DNA of 64,000 nucleotides from an uncultured Bacteroidota bacterium (lineage in GTDB: Bacteria > Bacteroidota > Bacteroidia > Chitinophagales > Chitinophagaceae), in assembly GCA_963731245.1 (NCBI GenBank), contig CAVSVA010000019.1, positions 165,404 to 229,403 on the forward strand, given 5' to 3'. Shown here in pieces: positions 55,321 through 64,000 of the stretch. The notes beneath the pieces were generated by a model that did no database searches, had not been told where the DNA came from, and saw nothing but the letters and a program-made list of their open reading frames with translations. Numbering within the stretch: position 1 is the stretch's first letter; each line of letters starts with the position of its first letter. The position numbers and the translations under genes are program-made.

Positions 55321-58300
55321 TTGGCTTTACCATATTTAATTAAATACATCTACAATAACGGTACTGATGAAGTTATACGCCGCGGCAAAAAAATTTTCTC
55401 TTCCGGTTATGTTGAGATGATCGAAAACGACGAGTTGCTTGCTGCTGTTATTTTTAGAGTAAGAGATGATGCGTATAACACTTATTATAAAGTTTATTTA
55501 AATCGTTATAATAATATTCAAACGCTTTCGCTTCGCTGCAGTTGCCCATATAACCTTGGCGATATTTGCCGCCATGAAGCAGCCGCATTATTTCGTTTGC
55601 AGGAAATGATTGATAACAATCAATTGGGCGAAACAGAAACCGAATACAGGCAGCAACATACGGTTGTAAAACTAAAGCAGCTTGACATACGTTCCGTTAA
55701 ACTGCTTTCGGCAGCCGATGCATTAACGCTTGCAGAAGATTTTTTGCGCAGTTATAAAGCCAATATTATTGAAGCCGCAAATGATATTGTAAAGGCAGAA
55801 TTAAATTACGAAGGCCAAAATTATACGTTACAATTTCGCCGCAATGATGAAAAAAATTTAGATACAAGCTGTACCTGTAATGCAGAAACGCATTATCCTT
55901 TGTGCCTGCATAAAACCATTGTGCTGCTGCAATTGCATAACAGTTATGGCCCGGCATTTTTTGATACGATAAGCAACCGCGACCGCGAAAAAAATAAGTT
56001 GCTTGCTTTATATGGTTATTCAACCGATGATGACCTTGAAGGAAAATTTGAATTTACTTTTCGTGATGGCAAACCTTTTTTGCGTGTGCTCGATCCTTCA
56101 ATCAAACGCATTATAGCGCCGCCCCCGGAAAAAACCCGTGCATATTTAATGCCCATTCACAAAGAAGTTTTGGTTGAAGAAAAACCGCCTGCAGTTTTAC
56201 ATTATCAAAAGTTAGGTGTTGTATTAAGATATGATGCGCAGCAATATCCTTTTATGCAGGCAGATGCTATTAAAGGTGAATCAAATGATGAACAAAAAAA
56301 ATTTACCGGCAAAACAGAAAGGCTTGATCTTACAAAGTTTGTAAATACAGAAGACCTGAATGAAGATGATAAAATGCTCATTCAGCACCTGCGTAAATTA
56401 TTGCCTTTAGAAGTTACGCGTTATCTCAACCGCAATTCACCATTCAGTGGCATTTGGGAAAACATAACGCAACAACATACTGATGATCTTCCGGAAGAAA
56501 CGCGCCATCTTATCATAGAATATCTTCTTCCTAAATACAAAAAATTATTTTCGGATATAAGCGAAAGCAATTTTGCTTTTACATTGCCGCCGCAAAAAAC
56601 TTTTGTAAGTGCCAATCTTGCACCGGCTGTTTTATCAAACCAATATATACAACCGCAGTTTGTTGTTGCTTATAATAACAATGCGTATGAAATAAAATGT
56701 TTTGTAAAGTTGTTGAACGCAGTTGTTGCCATCGAAGAAAATGCAATGAACTCACCGTTGGTTTTTCAGCATGAACAAACATTTTATTTATGGCAAAAAA
56801 CAGAAGATGTTTTATTGGCTGAACGTTTTTTAAAAGAAGGAAAAATTTCAGTTGCAGCAGATGATTGGAATAAGCAGCTAACTGAATTTGTGTTGCCGCT
56901 AACGAAACAATATGATGTGCAATTCAGCGGCATACAAAAAGAAGAGCTTAAAAACATTAAGCCAGAAATGCGGCTGATGATTAAAGAAAAAGGCGATTAT
57001 CTTTTGTTTCAGCCATTTTTTAATTACAATGGTTATGATGTAAGGCACGAAGATAAAGACAGAATTATTGTGCCTGCTGCAGGCAAACTTGTTATTATTC
57101 ACCGCAACGATGAAGTTGAAAAATCACTTATAAAAAAAATTGAAAATCTTCATTCATCTTTTATACATACAGATGCAGACACGCTTGCTTTAAAAGGCAC
57201 TGATGTTTTAAAAAACAACTGGTTCTTTTTATTTGCCGATGCTGTGAAGGAAATGAATATTCCGGTGTATGGATTTGATGCTTTAAAAAAATATCGCTTT
57301 AATACGGCAAAGCCATCAACCAAAATTTTTATAAGCAGTAATACAGATTGGTTTGATGCAAGAATTGATATACATTTTGGCGATCAGAAAATTACGGTGG
57401 CTGATGTAAAAAAAGCATTGGCTAATAAACAGCAATTTGTTCCGTTGGCAGATGGAACGCTTGGCATTTTGCCCGAAGAATGGATACGCCGTTATTCAAT
57501 GTTATTTGCTGTGGGCGAAGGCAAGGCCGCTAACATTAAACTAAGCAAATATCATTTTGGCGTAATTGAAGAATTGTATGCACAGCGCAATGAAGAAGAA
57601 ATATTTTTTAAGCTTGAAGAAAAATATGAGCGATTAAAAGAAAATCATACCGTAAAACAAATTGAGCCGCCAATACATCTTGCCAACATTTTGCGCCCTT
57701 ACCAGGTTTCAGGTTTTCAATGGTTGAATTATTTAAGCGAAGTGAATTGGGGCGGCATACTTGCAGATGATATGGGGCTTGGTAAAACGGTGCAGGCTTT
57801 ATCTTTTTTGCATCATTATAAAACAGAGCACGGCAAAATAAAAGCGCTTGTTGTTTGCCCAACCACGTTAATGTTTAACTGGGAAAATGAAATAAAAAAA
57901 TTCACGCCTTCTTTGGTTTGGTATATCCATCATGGCAGCACACGTTCGCAGCAAATGGAGTTATTTCAAAACGCAGATGTTGTAATTACAACTTATGGAA
58001 CGTTGCGCAGCGATATTCAATTATTTACTGAATCAGAATTTGATTATGTGGTGCTTGATGAAAGCCAGGCAATAAAAAATCCGCAAAGCAAAGTAACAAA
58101 AGCAGCCAGTTTATTAAGCGCAAAAAACCGTTTGTGCATGAGCGGAACACCTTTGCAAAACAATACATTTGATATGTATGCGCAAATGAATTTTTTAAAT
58201 CCCGGTATGTTGGGCAGCATGGAATTTTTTAGGCAGGAATTTGCAATACCCATTGATAAATTTGGTGAAAAAGAACAGAAAGAACATTTGCGCAAGCTGT

Positions 58301-59079
58301 TATATCCATTTATTTTAAGAAGAACAAAAGAACAGGTTGCAAAAGATCTTCCTGAAAAAAGCGAGATGATCTTATTCTGTGAATTGGGTGATGAGCAGCG
58401 CAAAATTTATGATGCCTACCGCAACGATTACCGTGATAAAATTTTAGGTGTTGTTGAAGATAAAGGCGTAGGCAAATCACAACTTACAATTTTGCAGGGC
58501 TTGATGAAGTTAAGGCAGATATGTGATAGCCCGGCTATTATAAATGATGAAGAAAAATATCCGAATGTTTCAGTTAAGTTAGAAGAGTTGGGAAGAGAAA
58601 TTTCTGAAAATATTGGTGATCATAAAGCGCTGGTATTTTCACAATTTTTAGGTATGCTTGCGTTGATAAAAGAAAAGATGAAAGAGCTTGGTATTGATTA
58701 TGCTTATTTTGATGGAAGCACTTCAGCACCGGATCGTGAAAAAGCAATACAGCGTTTTCAAACCGATGAAAATTGTCGTGTGTTTTTAATTTCTCTTAAA
58801 GCGGGTGGCGTTGGTTTAAATTTAACGGCCGCAGATTATGTGTACATTGTTGACCCATGGTGGAACCCGGCGGTTGAACAACAGGCAATTGACAGAACGC
58901 ATCGCATTGGCCAAACGAAAAATATTTTTGCTTACCGCATGATTTGTAAAGACACTGTTGAAGATAAAATTTTAAAACTGCAGGAACGTAAAAAGGCACT
59001 TGCTGCTGAATTAATTACCGATGATACAACATTTGTAAAGAGCCTTACCAAAGAAGATGTTGAATATTTGTTTAGTTAA
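55321..59079 (+). CDS. SWIM-domain SNF2 family helicase/ATPase
   Basis: CSC...CRH and CTC...CLH SWIM-like fingers; LADDMGLGKT, LDESQAIKN, SGTPLQN, SLKAGGVGLNL and WWNPAVEQQAIDRTHRIGQ; -7 box TATTTTTG at 55246-55253. Confidence 0.93.
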   Translation: MALPYLIKYIYNNGTDEVIRRGKKIFSSGYVEMIENDELLAAVIFRVRDDAYNTYYKVYLNRYNNIQTLSLRCSCPYNLGDICRHEAAALFRLQEMIDNNQLGETETEYRQQHTVVKLKQLDIRSVKLLSAADALTLAEDFLRSYKANIIEAANDIVKAELNYEGQNYTLQFRRNDEKNLDTSCTCNAETHYPLCLHKTIVLLQLHNSYGPAFFDTISNRDREKNKLLALYGYSTDDDLEGKFEFTFRDGKPFLRVLDPSIKRIIAPPPEKTRAYLMPIHKEVLVEEKPPAVLHYQKLGVVLRYDAQQYPFMQADAIKGESNDEQKKFTGKTERLDLTKFVNTEDLNEDDKMLIQHLRKLLPLEVTRYLNRNSPFSGIWENITQQHTDDLPEETRHLIIEYLLPKYKKLFSDISESNFAFTLPPQKTFVSANLAPAVLSNQYIQPQFVVAYNNNAYEIKCFVKLLNAVVAIEENAMNSPLVFQHEQTFYLWQKTEDVLLAERFLKEGKISVAADDWNKQLTEFVLPLTKQYDVQFSGIQKEELKNIKPEMRLMIKEKGDYLLFQPFFNYNGYDVRHEDKDRIIVPAAGKLVIIHRNDEVEKSLIKKIENLHSSFIHTDADTLALKGTDVLKNNWFFLFADAVKEMNIPVYGFDALKKYRFNTAKPSTKIFISSNTDWFDARIDIHFGDQKITVADVKKALANKQQFVPLADGTLGILPEEWIRRYSMLFAVGEGKAANIKLSKYHFGVIEELYAQRNEEEIFFKLEEKYERLKENHTVKQIEPPIHLANILRPYQVSGFQWLNYLSEVNWGGILADDMGLGKTVQALSFLHHYKTEHGKIKALVVCPTTLMFNWENEIKKFTPSLVWYIHHGSTRSQQMELFQNADVVITTYGTLRSDIQLFTESEFDYVVLDESQAIKNPQSKVTKAASLLSAKNRLCMSGTPLQNNTFDMYAQMNFLNPGMLGSMEFFRQEFAIPIDKFGEKEQKEHLRKLLYPFILRRTKEQVAKDLPEKSEMILFCELGDEQRKIYDAYRNDYRDKILGVVEDKGVGKSQLTILQGLMKLRQICDSPAIINDEEKYPNVSVKLEELGREISENIGDHKALVFSQFLGMLALIKEKMKELGIDYAYFDGSTSAPDREKAIQRFQTDENCRVFLISLKAGGVGLNLTAADYVYIVDPWWNPAVEQQAIDRTHRIGQTKNIFAYRMICKDTVEDKILKLQERKKALAAELITDDTTFVKSLTKEDVEYLFS

Positions 59080-59100
59080 GATTGCTTCTAATGTAATGAT

Positions 59101-59424
59101 TTATGCAACAGTGTTCGGGTGCTGATAAAAACATATACCCGCTCTGTTAATATGCTCAATTAATTCGTTATTTTTTATAGCAGTATAATTCAATATATCA
59201 AATTTATAAGGCATCGTTGTTTCTTCGTTTAGTAAATAACTTATATGTGCAATAGTTTCAAAATTTAGTTTGCCTTTTAAAGCAATATCAACATCACTCC
59301 CATTTTTATAATTGCCTTTAGCCCGGCTTCCAAATACAATTGCTTCTTCTATTTCTGTGTACTTTTTTAAAATAGAAATTATATTTTCAAGATCCTTTTT
59401 TCTTAATCCAAAAGTTTCATTCAT
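59101..59424 (-). CDS. Minimal nucleotidyltransferase (MNT) antitoxin
   Basis: FGSRAKGNYKNGSDVDIAL (GS-x10-DxD); ATGA-coupled to the upstream HEPN gene. Confidence 0.88.
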   Translation of the reverse strand: MNETFGLRKKDLENIISILKKYTEIEEAIVFGSRAKGNYKNGSDVDIALKGKLNFETIAHISYLLNEETTMPYKFDILNYTAIKNNELIEHINRAGICFYQHPNTVA

Positions 59425-59822
59425 TTTATTGCAAGGGTGTTATATAGTTCATTTAAAAGCGGGTAATATTTGTTATGTATCAGCTTTTCAATTTCTGTTA
59501 TTTTTTCTTCGTCGTAAGTGTGTGCCGTTAAATTACGATCAAGCAGCAGTTCCATCCATGCATGCCCGTTCAAAATTAATCCTGTTTCAAATGCTTTTTT
59601 AATAGCTGCTCTGGGAGATTTCACATCAGTAAAACCTTCATTTTCAAGAAAATCTTTAATAGTGTTCCATGCAAGTTCATAACTCATTTCAAAAAACTGA
59701 ATAATACCTGCTTTTTGAATAATATCAGGATTAATAATGTGCAATGCGTTCGTCAAATGGTTTAATGATTTCTCAAAATTTTTAAACCGTTGTTTCCACC
59801 GAATATCTTTATTCATTATCAA
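59421..59822 (-). CDS. HEPN-domain protein (HI0074 nucleotidyltransferase substrate-binding family), putative toxin
   Basis: RWKQRF, IQFFEMSYELAW, SPR and RNLTAHTY (Rx4HxY) motifs. Confidence 0.88.
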   Translation of the reverse strand: MIMNKDIRWKQRFKNFEKSLNHLTNALHIINPDIIQKAGIIQFFEMSYELAWNTIKDFLENEGFTDVKSPRAAIKKAFETGLILNGHAWMELLLDRNLTAHTYDEEKITEIEKLIHNKYYPLLNELYNTLAIK

Positions 59823-59885
59823 AATTTAATTTCTTGTTGTTCTTGGTTAGCTTTTAATACAGCGTTTTTATTAAATGATTTATAC

Positions 59886-60623
59886 TTATCTTTTTTCCAG
59901 CAGCCACCACAATTTTTTACGCGGTTTAATTTTATAATTGCCTGTTATGTATGTTCGAATATGTTCCATCGCTTCATCAACACTGTCTGTTATTAAAACA
60001 AGATGTAAATCTTCAGGATTAATTGTTTGCTGCTTTACCATATCTGCCATCAAATCTGCAAGCTCTTTATAAAATTCTTTTCCAAATAAAATAACAGGAA
60101 ACTGTGTAATACTTTTTGTTTGAATTAAAGTAAGCGTTTCAAAAAACTCATCCATCGTTCCAAAGCCGCCGGGCATGCAAATAAAAGCATAAGAATATTT
60201 TATAAGCAATGCTTTGCGCACAAAAAAATAGTCGAACGTTACACATTTATGCAAATATTTATTGGCCTTTTGTTCAAAAGGCAATTTAATGTTGCAGCCA
60301 ACGCTCATGCCGCCATTTTCATAAGCGCCGCGGTTAGCGGCTTCCATAATGCCAGGGCCGCCACCCGTCATGGTTGTAAATCCTATCTCTGAAATGCGTT
60401 TACCAAATTCTCTTGCTTTTGCATAATAATTGCCATCTTCTTTAAATCTTGCAGAACCAAACACAGTAATGCACGGACCAATAAAATGCAGATTGCGAAA
60501 CCCCTTTATAAACTGCAGCCAAACTTTAATGGTAAATAAAAATTCATAGCTGCGGCTTTTTGGCCCTTCAAGATAAACTGATTTTTTTGCAGGAATTATG
60601 CGCTCTGTTGCCTTTAATGCCAT
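59886..60623 (-). CDS. LOG family nucleotide monophosphate nucleosidase (TIGR00730)
   Basis: TVFGSAR, TGGGPGIMEAANRGA, FFVRK and PGGFGTMDE motifs. Confidence 0.92.
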   Translation of the reverse strand: MALKATERIIPAKKSVYLEGPKSRSYEFLFTIKVWLQFIKGFRNLHFIGPCITVFGSARFKEDGNYYAKAREFGKRISEIGFTTMTGGGPGIMEAANRGAYENGGMSVGCNIKLPFEQKANKYLHKCVTFDYFFVRKALLIKYSYAFICMPGGFGTMDEFFETLTLIQTKSITQFPVILFGKEFYKELADLMADMVKQQTINPEDLHLVLITDSVDEAMEHIRTYITGNYKIKPRKKLWWLLEKR

Positions 60624-60684
60624 ACGTAAAAATAAATATCATTTGTTCTAACTTAGTATTATTTGTTATTAAAAAAGATGCAAT

Positions 60685-61293
60685 ATGCTTTTACATATCA
60701 ATGCAAATAATCCTAACAGCCGCCATATAAAAACTATTACAGAATGTTTGCTTGATGGTGGTGTAATTATTTATCCAACCGATACCATTTATGGTTTAGG
60801 CTGCGATATTTTTCAGCAAAAAGCTATTGAAAAAATATGCAGAATTAAAAATGTATCTCCGCAAAAAGCACAGCTAAGTTTTGTTTGTTATGATTTAAGT
60901 GATTTAAGCAAATACACAAAAGGAATTTCAACCCCTTTATACAGAATGCTGAAAGAACATTTGCCTGGCGCTTATACTTTTATTTTGCCGGCAAGCAAAG
61001 AAGTGCCAAAAATTTTGCAGAGTAAAAAAAGCACAATTGGCTTGCGTGTGCCGGATAATAATATTGCAAGAGCAATTGTGTTTAACCTGCAGCATCCCAT
61101 TTTATCTGCATCGTTGCCTGGCGAGATGGTTGAAGAATATACAGATCCGGAATTGATATACGACAACTTTAAAAATCTTGTTGATATTGTTGTTGATGGC
61201 GGCATTGGCGGCACCATTCCATCAACAATTATTGATTGTACAAAAGATGAATACGAAGTTTTAAGAATGGGTGCAGGAGAATGGGCGGAATAA
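60685..61293 (+). CDS. Sua5/TsaC/YciO family protein
   Basis: YPTDTIYGLGC, LPGAYTFIL, IGLRVP and PSTIID motifs. Confidence 0.9.
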   Translation: MLLHINANNPNSRHIKTITECLLDGGVIIYPTDTIYGLGCDIFQQKAIEKICRIKNVSPQKAQLSFVCYDLSDLSKYTKGISTPLYRMLKEHLPGAYTFILPASKEVPKILQSKKSTIGLRVPDNNIARAIVFNLQHPILSASLPGEMVEEYTDPELIYDNFKNLVDIVVDGGIGGTIPSTIIDCTKDEYEVLRMGAGEWAE

Positions 61294-61323
61294 GTATTTA
61301 TAAAAAGTTAGTTTCGAAATGAC

Positions 61324-62415
61324 TTAACTGAACGGCATTTTTACAATTTTAGCTTTTACTGCGTTATTGCGGATATCAATAAAAATTTCATTGTCCAATC
61401 CCGCTTTATCAATATCAACATAACCCATGCCGATAGCTTTATTTAATGATGGCGATTGTGTGCCGCTTGTTACTTTGCCAATATTATTTCCGCTTTTATC
61501 TTTAATAATATAATCATGCCGCGGAATGCCGCGTTCAATCATTTCAAAACCAATAAGTTTTCTTTTAATGCCTTCTGCTTTTTGTTTTTCCAAAATTTCT
61601 TTTGCCGTGAAAAATGAATTTTTATTCAGTTTTGTTATCCATCCCAAACCTGCTTCAAGCGGCGAAGTGGTATCATCAATATCATTGCCATATAAACAAT
61701 AACCCATTTCCAAACGCAGCGTATCTCTTGCACCCAAACCAATTGGTTTTATGTTTGATTGTTTGCCTGCTTCAAATATTGCATCCCAAATTTTTTCAGC
61801 ATCATCATTTTTATCTTCAAAATAAATTTCTACGCCGCCTGCTCCGGTATAACCGGTTGCGCTGATGAGTACATTATCAACACCGGCAAATCTTCCTTTT
61901 ACGAACGTGTAATATTTTAAGTTGAGAATATCAATATCCGTTAATGGCTGTAAAATTTTTGTAGCATTCGGGCCTTGTATTGCAAGCAAACAGGTTTTAT
62001 CGCTAATGTTATGCATCTCTGCATTGTTTGTATTATGCTTTGCAATCCAGTTCCAGTCTTTCTCAATATTGCTTGCATTTACCACAAGCATATACACGCT
62101 GTTTTCTTCAATACAATACACAATTAAATCATCAACAATGCCACCTTTATTGTTTGTGAGTGAGCTGTATTGCGCTTTTCCGTTGGTTAGTTTTGATGCA
62201 TCGTTTGTTGTTACGCGTTGAATGAGATCCAAAGCTTGTTCACCTTTCAAAATAAATTCTCCCATGTGGCTAACATCAAATACGCCGGCATTGTTGCGCA
62301 CTGCCGCATGTTCATCATTAATTCCCGTATAACTTATCGGCATATTATACCCGGCAAACTCAGCCATCTTTGCTTTAAGTTCAATATGTTTTTTTGTGAA
62401 AGGCGTATTCTTCAT
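61324..62415 (-). CDS. gcvT: Glycine cleavage system aminomethyltransferase T
   Basis: [33 protein letters not shown] and VTSGT.SP motifs. Confidence 0.97.
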   Translation of the reverse strand: MKNTPFTKKHIELKAKMAEFAGYNMPISYTGINDEHAAVRNNAGVFDVSHMGEFILKGEQALDLIQRVTTNDASKLTNGKAQYSSLTNNKGGIVDDLIVYCIEENSVYMLVVNASNIEKDWNWIAKHNTNNAEMHNISDKTCLLAIQGPNATKILQPLTDIDILNLKYYTFVKGRFAGVDNVLISATGYTGAGGVEIYFEDKNDDAEKIWDAIFEAGKQSNIKPIGLGARDTLRLEMGYCLYGNDIDDTTSPLEAGLGWITKLNKNSFFTAKEILEKQKAEGIKRKLIGFEMIERGIPRHDYIIKDKSGNNIGKVTSGTQSPSLNKAIGMGYVDIDKAGLDNEIFIDIRNNAVKAKIVKMPFS

Positions 62416-62470
62416 TCAAACAAATTTGTAACAAAAAAAAATATAAAAAAATAAAGCTTTAAACAGTTGA

Positions 62471-63649
62471 TTATTTTTGTGTGATGTATCTTTTTATTGA
62501 ACTGCTGTTTACAAAAGTTAAAAGCAGCAGTATAATAAACGCTGCAATTAATGTGTAATAAGAAAGATATGGACTGATAAAAACATTTTGTGCTGCAAGT
62601 GTTTTTTGCAAGATGAATTGCACAACAGAAATAATAATAAGCGTAAGCAAAATTGTAATAATGTTTGCAGGAAAAAATTGTTTCTGCAAAAATTTTTGTA
62701 ATTGTTTTGGCGATGCACCAAGCGTAATAAGCAATGCAATTTCTTCTTTTGCTGATGCAATGGTAAGCTGAATAAACAACGTAAAAATTAATAGCGAAAA
62801 TAAAAACATAAGTGCGCCGGTTATCCATGAAATAAGTACAACCGCATTTATAATACCCCGGTATTTTTCAAAGCGGGTTTTTTCTGTGCTGGTTGATAAA
62901 TCATGTTTTGAAAGATATGCTGCGAGTTTTGGATCAGCAGCATTTTTTACCTGGATGATAACACGTGAAGGTTGCACGTTTGTGCTGTCTCCAAACTTTT
63001 TGTTAGCCCAATTCATAAACGCCTGCGGCACTAAAACCGACGAAATACGATCACTGAAACCAACTACTCTGCCATAATAATTTACAACACCTTTTGGTGT
63101 TTGAATATCTATTTGAACCGGAAGATTTTTTATAAGCTCTTGCGAAAGCTGCGGTAAATGCTGCGATTGTGCAAAGCCAAAATTGTACATATCCAAAAAC
63201 ATATTCGGAATAATCATCGGAATAAAACTGCTGCTTTCATTCCATTGCCAATCAGGTGTATGCACATCCAAAAATTCATCGGGCACACTTTCAAAAAAAA
63301 AGTCGGTGTAAAACGGAATTTGCCTGCTTATGCTTTGCACGCCAACACGAAAACGGCTTGCAGTAAGCGTTCCTATTTTTTCAACAAAAGATTGCTTTTT
63401 AAGATCATTAATTTCTTGTTCGCTTAAAGTTGCTTCGCCTATATTTTTACTGGTTAGCGTTTTGTTGATAACAAGAAAATCTGCAATGCTGTCCTGGCTT
63501 GTTTTGTTGTATAAAATTTGCTGATAATTAGATTGTATTTGAACCGCAGCAAGCATTAATAACAATGCAATAAACAATCCAAGCACTGCCATTGTGTTGC
63601 GGCTGCCCGAAGCGGTGCGTATAAGTTTTTTTAAAAGCGTGTTTAACAT
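62471..63649 (-). CDS. FtsX-like ABC transporter permease
   Basis: N-terminal TM, large extracytoplasmic domain, three C-terminal TMs with EIALLITLGA. Confidence 0.78.
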   Translation of the reverse strand: MLNTLLKKLIRTASGSRNTMAVLGLFIALLLMLAAVQIQSNYQQILYNKTSQDSIADFLVINKTLTSKNIGEATLSEQEINDLKKQSFVEKIGTLTASRFRVGVQSISRQIPFYTDFFFESVPDEFLDVHTPDWQWNESSSFIPMIIPNMFLDMYNFGFAQSQHLPQLSQELIKNLPVQIDIQTPKGVVNYYGRVVGFSDRISSVLVPQAFMNWANKKFGDSTNVQPSRVIIQVKNAADPKLAAYLSKHDLSTSTEKTRFEKYRGIINAVVLISWITGALMFLFSLLIFTLFIQLTIASAKEEIALLITLGASPKQLQKFLQKQFFPANIITILLTLIIISVVQFILQKTLAAQNVFISPYLSYYTLIAAFIILLLLTFVNSSSIKRYITQK

Positions 63650-63653
63650 TTGA

Positions 63654-63685
63654 CCTCACCCCAACCCCTCTCCAAAAGAGAGGGG
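63654..63685. repeat. REP-like GC-rich hairpin element
   Basis: CCTCACCCCAA-CCCCTCTC-caaaa-GAGAGGGG in a 45-nt AT-rich gap within an operon. Confidence 0.6.
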
Positions 63686-63694
63686 CAATAAATT

Positions 63695-64000
63695 TTACAA
63701 ATTCAAAAATTGCGTATAATTAAAATGATCATCTTCTTCCAAATCAGTTAGTATAAAACCTGCATTACGTTTTTTGCATTCTGCGTTAATTAAAGCAGCC
63801 GCTTTATCAATATTATTTTTATCTAAATGGCTAAAAGGTTCATCCATTATAAGCCATTTAAATGGTTGCATTAAAGAACGAATTATTGCAATACGCTGCT
63901 GTTCTCCATAACTGCACATAGCTGCTTTCTGATTTAAAACAGAAGAAATATTTAACGCATCGGCCATTACATCAATCATACCCGTTTCATACATCGGCGG
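63695..64000 (-). CDS. ABC transporter ATP-binding protein, 3' part (runs off the window end)
   Basis: CSYGEQQRIAIIR signature-like motif and MDEPFSHLD Walker B/D-loop. Confidence 0.88.
   Translation of the reverse strand, partial: PPMYETGMIDVMADALNISSVLNQKAAMCSYGEQQRIAIIRSLMQPFKWLIMDEPFSHLDKNNIDKAAALINAECKKRNAGFILTDLEEDDHFNYTQFLNL

Noticed and set aside
62416-62470. Glycine riboswitch upstream of gcvT
   Set aside because: The gap is only 55 nt, very AT-rich, and has no aptamer motifs.
62412-62828. 138-aa Cys/Tyr-rich ORF
   Set aside because: It is an alternate frame of the hydrophobic permease C-terminus.

Overview
AT-rich chromosomal backbone of a Bacteroidota bacterium, probably Chitinophagaceae-like (inferred from TAnnTTTG promoters, the actA-F/cox gene order and an N-terminally extended TonB-dependent receptor). 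The ~50 genes are mostly housekeeping: rpoN, glpK, trpS, panB, ppk1-ppx, map, gyrB, alternative complex III with cytochrome c oxidase subunits I/II and cyoE, purN, purC, trhO-like, MATE, SWIM-SNF2, gcvT and an ABC transporter. There are two toxin-antitoxin pairs (Doc-type and HEPN-MNT). About 15 genes, including essential gyrB, are broken by indels that look like consensus errors rather than pseudogenisation. I saw no rRNA, tRNA, CRISPR array, transposase or prophage. The most interesting signals lie below the ORF track: (1) a 32-aa leader peptide with a terminator/antiterminator switch before the MATE pump; (2) a three-hairpin 5' leader of the trhO-like gene with an anticodon-stem-loop-like element displaying UGC; (3) a candidate sRNA with 12-nt complementarity to the TonB-receptor start codon; (4) a shared ECF-type promoter before three envelope genes; (5) a secreted protein whose repeat stalk has periodic O-glycosylation sequons; (6) two copies of a ~70-nt structured intergenic element. 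All calls come from reading motifs by eye; no database searches or folding programs were run.
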